This document shows, one piece after another, positions 1 through 14,429 of a stretch of 64,000 bases of DNA. The translations under genes were made by a program, and so were the position numbers. The DNA comes from Eledone cirrhosa (Eukaryota), in contig OZ024758.1 of the NCBI GenBank assembly GCA_964016885.1, positions 8,556,001 to 8,620,000 of the forward strand, given 5' to 3'. Numbering within the stretch: the stretch's first letter is position 1; each line of letters starts with the position of its first letter. The notes below the pieces were generated by a model. It did not search any database. It was given only the letters and a program-made list of their open reading frames with translations, and had not been told where the DNA came from.

Positions 1-330
1 AAGGTGTGTAAATGTGGCGAGAATGGCCCCGTCTGAGTGGGCCCTACTCTGATCATGCGCCTATAGGCTGGTGAATTTGAGTAGGAGAGGAGTGCCTTTC
101 CCGGGTGCCCTTGAAGCGTCGGGTGGTTCAGGATTGATGGTGTACCTGAGTCAACACTGGGTGGTTATCCTCCCTATTGGGGAATTTTTCATTGTTGTAT
201 TTTGTTTTTGTTATTTTGTTATTGTTATTTATATTTTTTACACGTTTTATATGTAAACCCCCACTGTCCCTGTCTATTGTATTGTCCCCTATATGTCGGC
301 CCTTGTGGCCAATAAATGAAACAATTATTA
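1..330 (+). mobile_element. 3' end of L1/Tx1-type LINE (end of ORF2, 3' UTR, AATAAA)
   Basis: Frameshifted end 'RCVNVARM..LSGP.LIMRL*' parallels the ORF2 ends at 34160-34223 and ~44995-45050(-). The T-rich UTR matches 45235-45360. AATAAA at 311-316 is followed by (ATT)n. Confidence 0.7.
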
Positions 331-484
331 TTTTTATTATATAAGGAATTGATTTAAAAGACATGACTTCTTTTTTTTTGTTGTTATGTGAGTCGGGTGG
401 AGTGTTGTAATTCAACCGGGTATATGGGAAGTATCAGGACATAAAACAAATCTGGCCAAAAATATTATTTATTCACTGGCAGTT

Positions 485-790
485 TGCAGTAGTAGTGGTA
501 GTAGTAGTGTTGTGATGGAGTGGTTGTGGTTGTGGTAGTAGCAGTAGTAGTGGTAGTAGTAGTGTTGTGATGGAGTGGTTGTGGTAGTAGCAGTAGTAGT
601 GGTAGTAGTAGTGTTGTGATGGAGTGGTTGTGGTTGTGGTTGTAGCAGTAGTTGGGATTGGGATGGTTGTAGTAGTTGTAGTGGTTATTATAGTAGTAGT
701 AGTAGTAGTAGTAGTAGCAGTAGTAGCAGCAGCAGTAGTAGTAGCAGTAGTAGTGGGTGTGGTAATGTTTGTAGTATTAGTTGTTGATGT
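485..790. repeat. (GTA/GTG/GCA)n trinucleotide low-complexity tract
   Basis: Directly visible; source of the poly-T/poly-V ORFs. Confidence 0.9.
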
Positions 791-1930
791 TTTCTCGTTA
801 TTCAAATCGTTCCATCTTCCCGTCAAATTGTGGCCAGTCTTAATTTTTTATTATTTTTTCTTTACATTAGTTTTTTTCATGTTTGATATGCGTCATTTGT
901 ATTTTATGATGTCTCAGATGGTTAATGAAGAATACATACACACACATACATACACACACACACACACACATACAGAGAGATGCACACATATACATACATA
1001 TATAAACATATATACACATACAAAATGTATGTATATGTTTGGCAATGGAATAAGGCATTTAGTTCCGTGTAACTATATATATGCATGAGGGTACAACAGT
1101 AAAGTTGGTGTACACACACATACACACACTCACACACCTAGAGACACATACATACACACACTCTCTCTCACACACACGCGCACACACTCACGCACACACT
1201 CATACACACACACACACACACATACACAATATATAAATACGCTAGGGTCTCACATATTAGGGGTATAAAAGATTATGGATGAGGAAAATACTTTAGGGGA
1301 CCATTCAGCATATTGCATAAAAATAGGGAAGTTCTCACATATTTGATATAGTGGATAGAAAAACTTGTATCAACTCCGATTGTCAAAGCAATTATTTTAC
1401 AAAAACTTCCCATGGGTGGCTGTGTATTCTAATTTTTTGTATATGTACCCACCCACCCGCCAACCTGAAATGTCCCTGGTCCCCCAAACTCTCTATCCAA
1501 CTCTACATGTGGATGCTCAAAATCCAAAATAACAACATAAAACGAGATAACCCAGTAAGATGAGTTGGATTTGAAATTTTTGAACGAAGTGAATAGGTGC
1601 AGATCTGTTTAGGTTTTCTTCTATAAAAAGGGACAAGTACCCCGAAATTACACGTTACATGGCCGTACACACACACACACCACACACCACACACCACACA
1701 CACACACACACCACACTACACGCACACGTACACCACGCACACGTACACCACATCACCACACACACACCACGCATGCACACGCAGACACACACACCCATCA
1801 CACCACACACACCACCTCCACACACACCACACCCACACACATTCAGACTCATGCACACGTTCACCACACACACACACGCCCCCTACACACACACAAATAC
1901 ATACACACAAATACATACACACTCACTCAC

Positions 1931-2079
1931 CCACACACTATTCTTGTGAGGACCTTCGACGTCAAGTATAGTTTCGAAAGACAATGATGGAACAATGGCT
2001 GACATTCTATAATCAACAAGAAACCTGACGATGTCTACCATGGCAATATTGTATTTAGTTTGAAATAGAACCATATCCT
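1931..2079 (-). CDS. Candidate internal exon, unknown product (EDMVLFQTKYNIAMVDIVRFLVDYRMSAIVPSLSFETILDVEGPHKNSVW)
   Basis: Unique sequence. Acceptor ttttcctaattAG and donor GTGAGT bracket 149 nt with only one open frame. No family recognised. Confidence 0.3.
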
Positions 2080-2112
2080 CTAATTAGGAAAACTTGCCAC
2101 ATGGCGGCCCCG

Positions 2113-2901
2113 TGTATAGCACCATGTCAGCACCAATCAACTATGTATAGTACCATGTCAGCATCAACCATGTATAGCACCATGTCAGCATCAACCAACT
2201 ATGTATAGCACCCTGTTAGCGCCAACCAACCATGTATAGCACCCTGTTAGCGCCAACCAACCATGTATAGCCCCCCTGTTAGCGCCAACCAACCATGTAT
2301 AGCACCCTGTCAGCGTCAACCATCCATGTATAGCACTCTGTCAGCACCAACCAACCATGTATAACCCCCTGTCAGCGCCAACCAACCATGTATAGCACCC
2401 TGTTAGCGCCAACCAACCATGTATAGCACCCTGTTAGCGCCAACCAACCATGTATAGCACCCTGTCAGCGCCAACCAACCATGTATAGCACCCTGTTAGC
2501 GCCAACCAACCATGTATAGCACCCTGTCAGCGTCAACCAACCATGTATAGCACCCTGTCAGCATCAACCAACTATGTATAGCACCCTGTCAGCATCAACC
2601 AACTATGTATAGCACCCTGTCAGCATCAACCAACTATGTATAGCACCCTGTTAGCGCCAACCAACCATGTATAGCACCCTGTCAGCGCCAACCAACCATG
2701 TATAGCACCCTGTTAGCGCCAACCAACCATGTATAGCACCCTGTCAGCGTCAACCAACCATGTATAGCACCCTGTCAGCATCAACCAACTATGTATAGCA
2801 CCCTGTCAGCGCCAACCAACCATGTATAGCACCCTGTCAGCATCAACCAACCATGTATAGCACCCTGTCAGCACCAACCAACCATGTATAACCCCCTGTC
2901 A
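2113..2901 (+). repeat. Minisatellite, 31-bp unit TGTATAGCACCCTGTYAGCGCCAACCAACCA, about 25 copies
   Basis: Period 31 (e.g. 2401 to 2432); no unique spacers. Confidence 0.95.
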
Positions 2902-3609
2902 AAACTCCGCGAAACCGTTTATATTTTATATGTATGTTTAATTGTCATTAAATGAGGACGTTGATATAGACACAACGTCTTATCGGGCAGCATAACACAA
3001 TAAATTACACATGGTTAAACAGAGGCGTGTTTAGATATAATCACACGTGTCAAACTATAGACAACATACAGTAGACACGTGTCTGTGTATTTAAACACTA
3101 CAGCACATACTTGCTCGCACGTGTTGTTAAATACACGTGGTATTCTGCAAGTGACGTTCAGGCCACCATTAACATGGAGATTGGAGATTGTGTAAATGTT
3201 TGTGTGTGTGTGTGTGTGTGTGAGAGAGTGGGTGTGTTTGTTTGTGTGTGTGCGTGTGTGTATGAGTGTGTGTGTGTGTGTGAGTAGGTGGGTGCGAGTG
3301 TGCGTGAGTGGGTGTGTATGTGTGTGTATGTGAGTAGGTGTGTGTGAGTATGTGAGTGTGTGTGTGTGTGTGTGTGTCTGAGTGTGTGTGTGCGTGTGAT
3401 TGTGTGTGTGTCTGGGTATGTGTGTGTGTGTGTGTCTGAGTGTGTGAATGTGTGTGTGGGAGTATGCGTGTGTGTGTAAGTGTGTGAGTGAGTGTGTGTA
3501 AGTGTATGTGCGTGAATGTGTGTGAGTGTGTGTGTTTAAGTGTGTGTCTGTGTGCCTGTGTGCCTGTGTGAGTGGATGTGTGTGTAAGTGTGTGAGTGTG
3601 GACGCGTAC

Positions 3610-3827
3610 ATTCATGAGTTCAGACGTTTCATCATCTACCTTCAAATGTATATATATGAACCTGTAACTCCCGGGGGAGTCGTTGACATGCGCAGTGTTG
3701 ACATACCACGTGTCTAGGCCATTTAGACCTTCACATTCTGGTTTGTTAAGTAATATTTTGTCATTGAAAGGAAGCAAATCCTTAATCAAATATTTTGGAA
3801 ATTTAGTTCCGTTAATTCTATAATAAC
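3610..3827 (-). CDS. Candidate exon(s), unknown product (YYRINGTKFPKYLIKDLLPFNDKILLNKPECEGLNGLDTW...HLKVDDETSELMN)
   Basis: About 72 open codons of protein-like composition in unique DNA, ending at a GTACGC donor next to a (CA)n tract. Possible internal 45-nt GTATGT..ACAG intron. Acceptor is weak. Confidence 0.3.
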
Positions 3828-4442
3828 CTGAGTTCAAACCCCTTAAATTGTTTCAGAGTAGAGTTTGTCGTTAAAAGAATGAGACCCCGTGGGGTGTGAC
3901 CCTAAACTATAGCTCATTTAGCTTATAGGTAAGCCTAGCACAGGGGAAGGTAGTCGATTTGGTAAAGTAGTTAGAGTGTTGGATATTTAATTTAGGTCTC
4001 TGCTTTCTGAGTTCGAATCCCACTGAGGACCAATTTGCCCATCATTCTTTTGGAGTCGTCATGAATGATGTCATGAATGTTTCGGTAGATAATGGGAAGG
4101 AGGGTTGAAAGGGTGTCTGTATCTTCTCGCGGCTGCATGGACACCTAAAACCCTTGGCAAAAAGCATAGTACACACTACCAAGTCATACTCGATTGTGAG
4201 CGATGGCTGTAGGAAGTTATTTATACAATATTTATACCCTAATTGAAGAAAAATGACGCGATTTTAGGAGAACTCACAGATATTATCAGAAATATAACAA
4301 AAATACCTGTTTTTCATCGCACCAGATTGCTAATAATTACTCTCTCATTAAACTTAATCATTATTGTAACAATTAAAATTAAGATAATATTAAAGGTAAA
4401 AATTGTTGTCTCGAAAATCGAGACGAAGCGTGAATGTATTTG

Positions 4443-4656
4443 AAATTCATAGAAATAATATGAAAACTCAACGCAAGAATAGCGGTTAAAAGAGAGAAAT
4501 ACCGCCGATGACAACATACAATTTCCTATATATCCAACCACTGGTCACTGATTTCTGTCCTTTCAGCTATTTATACTCGACATGCTGTCATTAACGACAT
4601 TTGACTGTGTTAACAGTTATTCTTGCGTTGAACTTTTAAATTATTTCTATGAATTT
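4443..4656. mobile_element. Fold-back/MITE-like element with long imperfect inverted arms
   Basis: aaattcatagaaataatatgaaaactcaacgcaagaata... (4443) is the inverted partner of ...tattcttgcgttgaacttttaaattatttctatgaattt (4656); arms about 75 bp, diverged. Confidence 0.7.
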
Positions 4657-4659
4657 AAG

Positions 4660-4890
4660 ATGGTTTCTGATTTAAGCACTAGGTCAACAATTTTGGGGGA
4701 GGGAAAAGTTAATTATATTAACGCCAGTGCATTACAGGTACTTTATGTTATCGACTCCGTAAAGATGAAAGCTAACCCCGTAAGCGTAGCTAACCTCAGC
4801 GGGATTTGAATTCAGAACGTAAAGGGTCGCAACTATATGTTGCAAAGTATGCTGTCCGACGCTCTAACGATTCTGCCAATCCATCGGCCT
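4660..4890 (-). mobile_element. tRNA-derived SINE family A, long form
   Basis: Reverse complement of the A box (TGGCAGAATCGTTAG), B box (GAATTCAAATCCC), tcatc..cgg.gtcgataa..taaagtacc body and ggccttgtgcc-like tail. Confidence 0.85.
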
Positions 4891-5590
4891 TATGAATTTA
4901 TGATAATATTATTCAATCGTGTTAAGTTCCAGGAAACGGTTTTTTTTTTTATCAAAGCAAGTAAATCACAAAAGTCATTAACACAAACATTACCAGGCGT
5001 AAGTAGCCTATTTAAATCATATGAATATCATTTAAAAACTGACAAAACTAGTCGATATAACTTACGACTTGCTTATTGCAAAGCAATCTACTTGTTTAAG
5101 ACAGATACATTATTTCGGTTCTAGAATTACTATTTATGCAACTTCGGAACATTCTAAGTTTTTTTTTATATCTGAAAAGTAAAGAAATACGACATAAAGC
5201 TGTCGTGTTTTAGTTTTAAAAACATCATTTTTTAAGACATCTAAAAAATAAAGAATATCAAATGAACAGAATTTAAACAAAGGTCGTTATATTTATTCCA
5301 GTTGTCAAGTTATCAGTATTTCATTCATATCAAGTTGAAAGGCTTTTAAAAACGATAACATTTCACAGTTATATCTCCCCACCACATCTCATTGTGGCAA
5401 CACATTATAGTATATACATATTCAATATCAAAGAATATTCCTACGATTAATATATAAATGTATTTTTGCTTTTGTTTTTTCTTCGTTAAACAACTGAGTA
5501 GAATATACTTACACAAGAACATACATAAACATATATATCGCCTAAAAGCGAATTTACATATACATACCTATATAGACATTATATAACATA

Positions 5591-5654
<64 letters not shown>

Positions 5655-5709
5655 ATATATATATATATATATTTGTATATATATATATTTGTATATATAT
5701 ATATATATT

Positions 5710-5759
<50 letters not shown>

Positions 5760-5813
5760 CTCGCTGCATCTCTTTGCCAGACATTTAGCATAGACCTTAC
5801 TAGGGGGGGGGGG

Positions 5814-5868
<55 letters not shown>

Positions 5869-5924
5869 TTGTATATATATATAGTTCTGTATATATATAT
5901 ATCAGGGAGAGAGAGAGATGTAAA

Positions 5925-5973
5925 ATCCCGACAGCGGCGTCAAGCGGTTTCGGGTTGTCTGTTAAGCAAGCCT
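5925..5973 (-). ncRNA. Degenerate hammerhead 3' half, related to the 8123/50698 family
   Basis: Minus strand: imperfect hairpin, then GAAA-ccgcttgacgccgctg-TC-ggga, similar to GAAAcggcttgagctcagccgTCgggg. No CUGANGA. Lies between (TA)n and (GT)n. Confidence 0.35.
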
Positions 5974-5979
5974 TTTTAT

Positions 5980-6013
<34 letters not shown>

Positions 6014-6309
6014 TGTCTGTCTGCATCTGTGTAAATGCATATATGCGCATACACAAACCTACAAACATAGTCATACATTATTTCTAAAAATATCGCTGCA
6101 CGGACGCTAGATTTTTGAAACGACATGTACTATGTATGTTCCTGGCATTACATTCCTTGTCTTTATTTAACATCAGTTAGACTAGAATATAACGAAAACA
6201 TATATATATTACAAGTCAGATGGGTAAACTGTCTCAAACACCCATATCCGCTATTCATATAAACACGTACAAGTCCAAATATAGAAATAGCAAAAAATGC
6301 CTTGAAACG

Positions 6310-6750
6310 CACATCAAATCCCAAACACATACTCATCAAATCCCAAACACATCATCAAATCCCAAACACATACTCATCAAATCCCAAACACATCATCAAA
6401 TCCCAAACACATGCTCATCAAATCCCAAACACATACTCATCAAATCCCAAACACATCATCAAATCCCAAACACATACTCATCAAATCCCAAACACATCAT
6501 CAAATCCCAAACACATGCTCATCAAATCCCAAACACATACTCATCAAATCCCAAACACATCATCAAATCCCAAACACATACTCATCAAATCCCAAACACA
6601 TACTCATCAAATCCCAAACACATCATCAAATCCCAAACACATGCTCATCAAATCCCAAACACATACTCATCAAATCCCAAACACATACTCATCAAATCCC
6701 AAACACATCATCAAATCCCAAACACATCATCAAATCCCAAACACATCATC
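6310..6750 (+). repeat. Minisatellite CATCAAATCCCAAACACAT(ACT), 19/22-bp variants
   Basis: Directly visible; explains the three repetitive ORFs at 6220-7118. Confidence 0.95.
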
Positions 6751-6767
6751 CCAGTACATTAAAAAAG

Positions 6768-7058
6768 TCTAAAGTCTGTCTTAAGCCAGAAGGGTCATAT
6801 GGCCGGTGCTTATCTCAGTTTCATGGCGTGAAGCGACTGAGAGTACAAGACCCCCCCCCCCCCCCCTGGACAGGACGCCAGTCCATCACAAGGTTAAACC
6901 TCCAGCTATTTATTGCTGGTACTCATTTTCAGCTGAGTATACTGGAGCAACGTGAAATGAAGTGTTTTGCCCAAGAACACAACACACAACCCAGGAATCG
7001 AGCCCACGACATTATGATTGTAAGTCCAACACCCTTACCACTAGGCCACGTGCCTCCA
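6768..7058 (-). mobile_element. tRNA-derived SINE family B (CORE-like domain), near full length
   Basis: Reverse complement reads ggaggcacgTGGCCTAGTGGtaag...GGCTCGATTCC...gtgttcttgggcaaaacacttcatttcacgttgctccagtatactcagctg; homologous to 29868, 56262 and 59397. Confidence 0.85.
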
Positions 7059-7161
7059 CCCCAGTACATTACTGGTACTTTATTTTATCGACCCCGTAAG
7101 GATGAAAGGCAAAGTTAACCTCGGCGGGGGTTTGAACTCAGAACGTAAAGGGCCACAACTC
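7059..7161 (-). mobile_element. SINE family A, partial
   Basis: cccagtacattactggtactttattttatcgaccccgtaaggatgaaaggcaaagttaacctcggcg matches the other copies. Confidence 0.85.
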
Positions 7162-8054
7162 TGTGCCTGTAAAACATGCAAATACACATATAAACACACA
7201 TAACGCCCCCCACACACGCACACACAGACAGACATAAGACACACACACACACAGACAGACAGACAGACACACACACACATATGTATGTATAAAATTTACT
7301 ACATGCATTGAATAAGATTTTTTTCACGTTTTTTCTAAATCCGAATACACACATGCAGTGAAACACATACTGACGAACGCAGTCGTACGACAAGTATACA
7401 CATGACCACACACATATATGACTGAACATAGAAGAACACAGCCACGGACACATTTACAGCGTGAAGCGTAACAACAACAGCAGCGGCAACAATAACAGAA
7501 GTCCATCATGAGATGTATTAGCCCTATAAAAACATGGCGGCCATTGAGCCGGACAATAACCGAAATAATCGTTGGCGGCCATTACAGTCTGCCACTTTTA
7601 ACAGACAATCAACATGAAATTGGCTCTAATTATCGATAATGGCGCCCGTCTCTCGTCCTTCTTCCCCTCTTTTTATCACTTCCTATTTATTTATTTATCT
7701 TTCAGGACTTGCGCTATTTTCTCTTTCCCTCTACCCCCATAACCTACATTTTGGTTCCGTGTCTGTTCATCTGCAAGTAGATACACTCACATACATACAC
7801 TCACACACAGAGATACTCAGATAAGTTCATACATACATACACACATACATATATACATGCATACACACAGAGACAGAGATACTCAGATAAGTTCATACAT
7901 ACATACACACATACATATATACATGCATACACACATAGATATAAAGTTATCTAATTCTCTTAGTCTCTCTCTTCCCCCTTTATTTCTGAATCTAGCTGTC
8001 AAAAGACATATGTATATATGTAAATACGCATGCATCTCTCTCTTACTTCTCTCC

Positions 8055-8122
<68 letters not shown>

Positions 8123-8123
<1 letters not shown>

Positions 8124-8306
8124 CGAAGGAAATGTGGTAAGGAACCAGGTGGACCATAACGCACCAAAGTACTCAATACTTAGGGTAGTAGAGTGGGTAA
8201 TAGGAACGAGTGGGACCCCGACGACTGAGCTCAAGCCGTTTCGACGGCTAATTCTGGACTAGCCGTCGAAACGGCTTGAGCTCAGCCGTCGGGGTCCCAC
8301 TCGTTC
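8123..8306 (-). mobile_element. (TA)n-embedded mini-element with a 47-bp fold-back built on hammerhead stem II/GAAA/stem III/GUC (copy 1)
   Basis: Arms 8204-8250 and 8260-8306 differ by one mismatch. Contains gacggcta-loop-tagccgtc GAAA CGGC-ttgagctca-GCCG TC. The first ~83 bp are shared with 50698-50782. Confidence 0.75.
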
Positions 8307-8338
8307 ATATATATATATACGCCTCTCTCTCTCTCTCT

Positions 8339-8376
<38 letters not shown>

Positions 8377-8717
8377 CAAAAAGAATAGAGGCGAAGATGT
8401 CGACGATGATCGCTCTTCATAAATGTAATACATACAAAGAGAATGTTGCCTTTTGAAGAAGGCGAATGGAAATCCTTTAACCAAGTGACACTATGATGGC
8501 AATTCTAGAACTGAAACTCTTTTAGTGGCATTAGCATTACTTTTATTTCACCTCGCTAATTATTATTCCACCTCCACCTCCACCATAATCACATCGTCAT
8601 CATCATCACCACCACCACCACCACCATCATCATCATCCTCATCATCGTTGTTGTTGTTGGAACGTGTCCTTGTAATGTCTTTTTCATCCGATGCCCTTGT
8701 GAGCGTCGGACACCATC

Positions 8718-8844
8718 TTTATGATCTGAGTTCAAATCCCGCCGAGGTTAACTTTGCCTTTCATCCTTACGGGGTCGATAAAATAAAGTACCAGTAATGT
8801 ACTGGTTAATTGCTGGCTTTGTTCCAAAAGTAAAAACATTATTA

Positions 8845-8900
<56 letters not shown>
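8718..8900 (+). mobile_element. SINE family A, 5'-truncated, (ATT)n tail
   Basis: B box GAGTTCAAATCCC plus conserved body and ATT tail. Confidence 0.9.
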
Positions 8901-8903
<3 letters not shown>

Positions 8904-9279
8904 GTCGTCATCATCCTTTTCGTGGCTTTTGTGGTTTTATATTTAATTAGGGGACAAGATGTCGAAGGTCACCCTGTGATTACCACTATAAATGAGTCAA
9001 TAATGTAAATAAATAAACGAAAGAACTGATGAAAACATTCTACAGATTAAATAATAGACCCGCCTGATCACACGACCAGCCATAAAGTCGCCATTAACTG
9101 TTCCCTAAATTTCACACGGATATTTCGCCTCACTTATTCCGCTGAATCCTTCTCTCTTCTTCCTTCATATTTATCTCTTGATTGCCTCAATATAAAGAAA
9201 TGAAGAAATATGTAAATAAAACTTGTATAGGAAGGAGGCTGTTGGAGCTTTTATTTCTCTTTCTCAGGTCTTGAAGTGT

Positions 9280-9341
<62 letters not shown>

Positions 9342-9396
9342 TATATATACATTTTATATATATTTTATATATACATTTTATATATATCTTATATAT

Positions 9397-9445
<49 letters not shown>

Positions 9446-9611
9446 TATATATACATTATATATATATATCTTATATATACATTATATATATATATCTTAT
9501 ATATACATTATATATATATCTTATATATACATCATATATATATCTTATATATACATTATATATATATATATCTTATGCATATATATATATATATCTTATA
9601 TATATATCTTA

Positions 9612-9647
<36 letters not shown>

Positions 9648-9912
9648 AGAGAACTAGATAGAGATAGCTAAATAGAGGTCGTTTGAAAGATGTGAGAGGG
9701 AAAGAGAGTGTGTATGTGTGAGAATAAGAGAGAGAGAGAGAGAGAGTGTGTATGTGTGAGAATGAGAGAAAGAGACACAGAGAGAGTGTGTGTATGTGAA
9801 TGAGAGAGAGAGAGTGTGTGTATGTGAATGAGAGAGAGTGTGTGTGAATGCGTGTGTATGAAAGAGAGAGAATGTGTGAATCTGTGTGATAGATGGTGTA
9901 GTGTGTATATGG

Positions 9913-9943
<31 letters not shown>

Positions 9944-10122
9944 TAGGAGGAGGAGTGTGTGTGAGAAAGAGAGAGTGTGTAGTGTACACATGTGTGTGTG
10001 TGTGAGAGAAAGAGAGAGAGAGTGTGTAGTGTACACATATGTGTGTGTGTGTGTGTGAGAGAGAAAAGTGTGTGAGAAAGAGAGAGAGAGTGTGTAGTGT
10101 ACACGTGTGTGTGTGTGTGTGT

Positions 10123-10182
<60 letters not shown>

Positions 10183-10589
10183 TGTGTGAGAAAGAGAGAG
10201 AATGTTTGTGGGCGCTAAAAGAAAAAAGTGGAAGTTTTATTACGTTTATGTTTCCCTTATTTTCTCAACGTCGGCAAATCAGAGAGGCAGCCAGATACGG
10301 AAGTAGCCCTACCCCCACGCCAATGGTGGTATATATGCCACTCCCAACCTTTAGACAAACATAAAAGAAAAGAAAACTACACAAAATAAAACAAATCTAG
10401 TATAAAGAACCACAACAAATGAAGCAGAAAATGGCCGACAATAATGTTTTGTTGTATTGTTGTACTTTTCTTATTGTTATAAGCGTTATTGTTATTAGTT
10501 GTTTGTGTTGTTATTGTTATTGTTGTTGTAACTACTAGTCTTTGGTGGCTTTCTTTCAATCGAATGGAACATTATTGTTTTACACACAC

Positions 10590-12777
<2,188 letters not shown>

Positions 12778-12862
12778 AAAAAAAAAAAAGTAAACAGAAC
12801 AAAAAACAGAAAAACGAAGAGGCAGAACAAATGTTATTATTATTAGTTTCATGATTGAGAGT

Positions 12863-12991
<129 letters not shown>

Positions 12992-13269
12992 ATCTGCTTT
13001 CCCTATTTCTAATTCTTGTTCTTTTTTGTTTATGTTTTCTTGTGGTTATCTTGTGGTGCCATTAAATATTACTGTTGTTGTTGTTGTTGTTGTTGTTATT
13101 TTAGCCCATGGTAAAGCTGAACTCCTAAAAGGTGGTCAATTGTCGGAGTTGTTAGAACGTCAGATAGAATACTCTGCAGTATTCGTTTCGGTACCCTGTA
13201 CGTTAAAACTCTCCACAGTACAGAGTACCCACAACCTCTAACTGGATTACCTAAAACGATAACTTGTTA

Positions 13270-13330
<61 letters not shown>

Positions 13331-13334
<4 letters not shown>

Positions 13335-13499
13335 CGAATGTCCCAAGGCTCTGATACCATCAACACCATAAACACAGAGCTGGCATATTTAAGAACTGAC
13401 TAACTGCCTGATGAGGTCATAGCCATTCAATGGCTATCATCGAAATATATATAGCAGTAAATAAAGGATTATGAGTTCATGCAATTGACTTATGTTTCG

Positions 13500-13503
<4 letters not shown>
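13331..13503 (+). mobile_element. Hammerhead-bearing ~170-bp element in (TA)n (PLE pseudo-LTR/retrozyme-like), copy A
   Basis: (TA)n on both sides; 8-bp terminal inverted match GTGACGAA/TTCGTCAC; 157 bp shared with 23951-24107 (2 mismatches); AATAAA just after the ribozyme. Confidence 0.8.
13403..13458 (+). ncRNA. Type I minimal hammerhead ribozyme
   Basis: Stem I ACTGC/GCAGT; CTGATGA at 13408-13414; stem II GGT.ATAGCCAT-tca-ATGGCTAT.ATC; GAAA at 13442-13445; short palindromic stem III (TATATA); AUA cleavage triplet at 13451-13453. Confidence 0.85.
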
Positions 13504-13543
<40 letters not shown>

Positions 13544-14429
13544 GCGCAAGGCCAGTTTTTATAGAGGGCGGGTGCCAGTCTGTTGAATTGATACTAGTGT
13601 ACTAGTGTATTTTATTGATTCTCACCCAGAAGCGATGAGATATAGAATTGCTATAGAGAAAGTATAGTTTAATGCTGTAACGTTATTTTAGTCTGGCGTT
13701 CTACTGTTCCTAGAAGTATGTGTTGGTGCTGTTCTCAAATGTATTTAGTGGAAGAGTGATGTGTAATTGCTGTAACTAGGACTCTGAAATGAGATGCGGA
13801 ATCAATTTGTTCCGTACTTACATTTACTCAACAGCGTTCGGCACGGTTAAATAAAACATATTAAATTGGTCTCCGCTCTCTTACAAGTAAAGAAAGAAAG
13901 AAAAAAAACAAAAGAAAAAAAGCGGCAGAGACCAAGAGAGATGAATGTTATTGTTTTTGGAAATATTGTAGCGGAACTAAGAAAAGCTATTAATGTCGGG
14001 GAGCAGAGACGTGAAAATTTATTGATTTTGTTGTTTTGTTTCGTTTATTTTTAAATAATTGATCAACAAGGAAGTGCATTGAAAGACAAAAGAGAATAAA
14101 TTAACACGTGATAATAATCAAAGTGCATTAGTGTGCATTATTTTTAACTGATATGTATAATGGAAACATTTTCGATGACCTCTATTCTGTGTCTAACATT
14201 TCATTGGGAAACAGCCAATGCTAGTCGAACTGTATCAGAACAATTGCTGGCAATATATTTGGCAAGAAAATTTGCATAAGGAATTTCCTCATTTAACTCG
14301 ATCTGCTAAACATGAAGACAGATAAATATATTCGCAGTGATGATCGTTGTACAAGTAAAAGTTAAATTCCATTCGAGCTAAATTTCAACTCTTGGTTATA
14401 GTTATTTCATTACACACAAGTTTATACGT

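Noticed and set aside
9020-9060. Isolated CTGANGA motifs (9026, 2025, 7370, 58634 and the 45.9-46.4 kb repeat)
   Set aside because: No stem II-GAAA-stem III-NUH arrangement follows.
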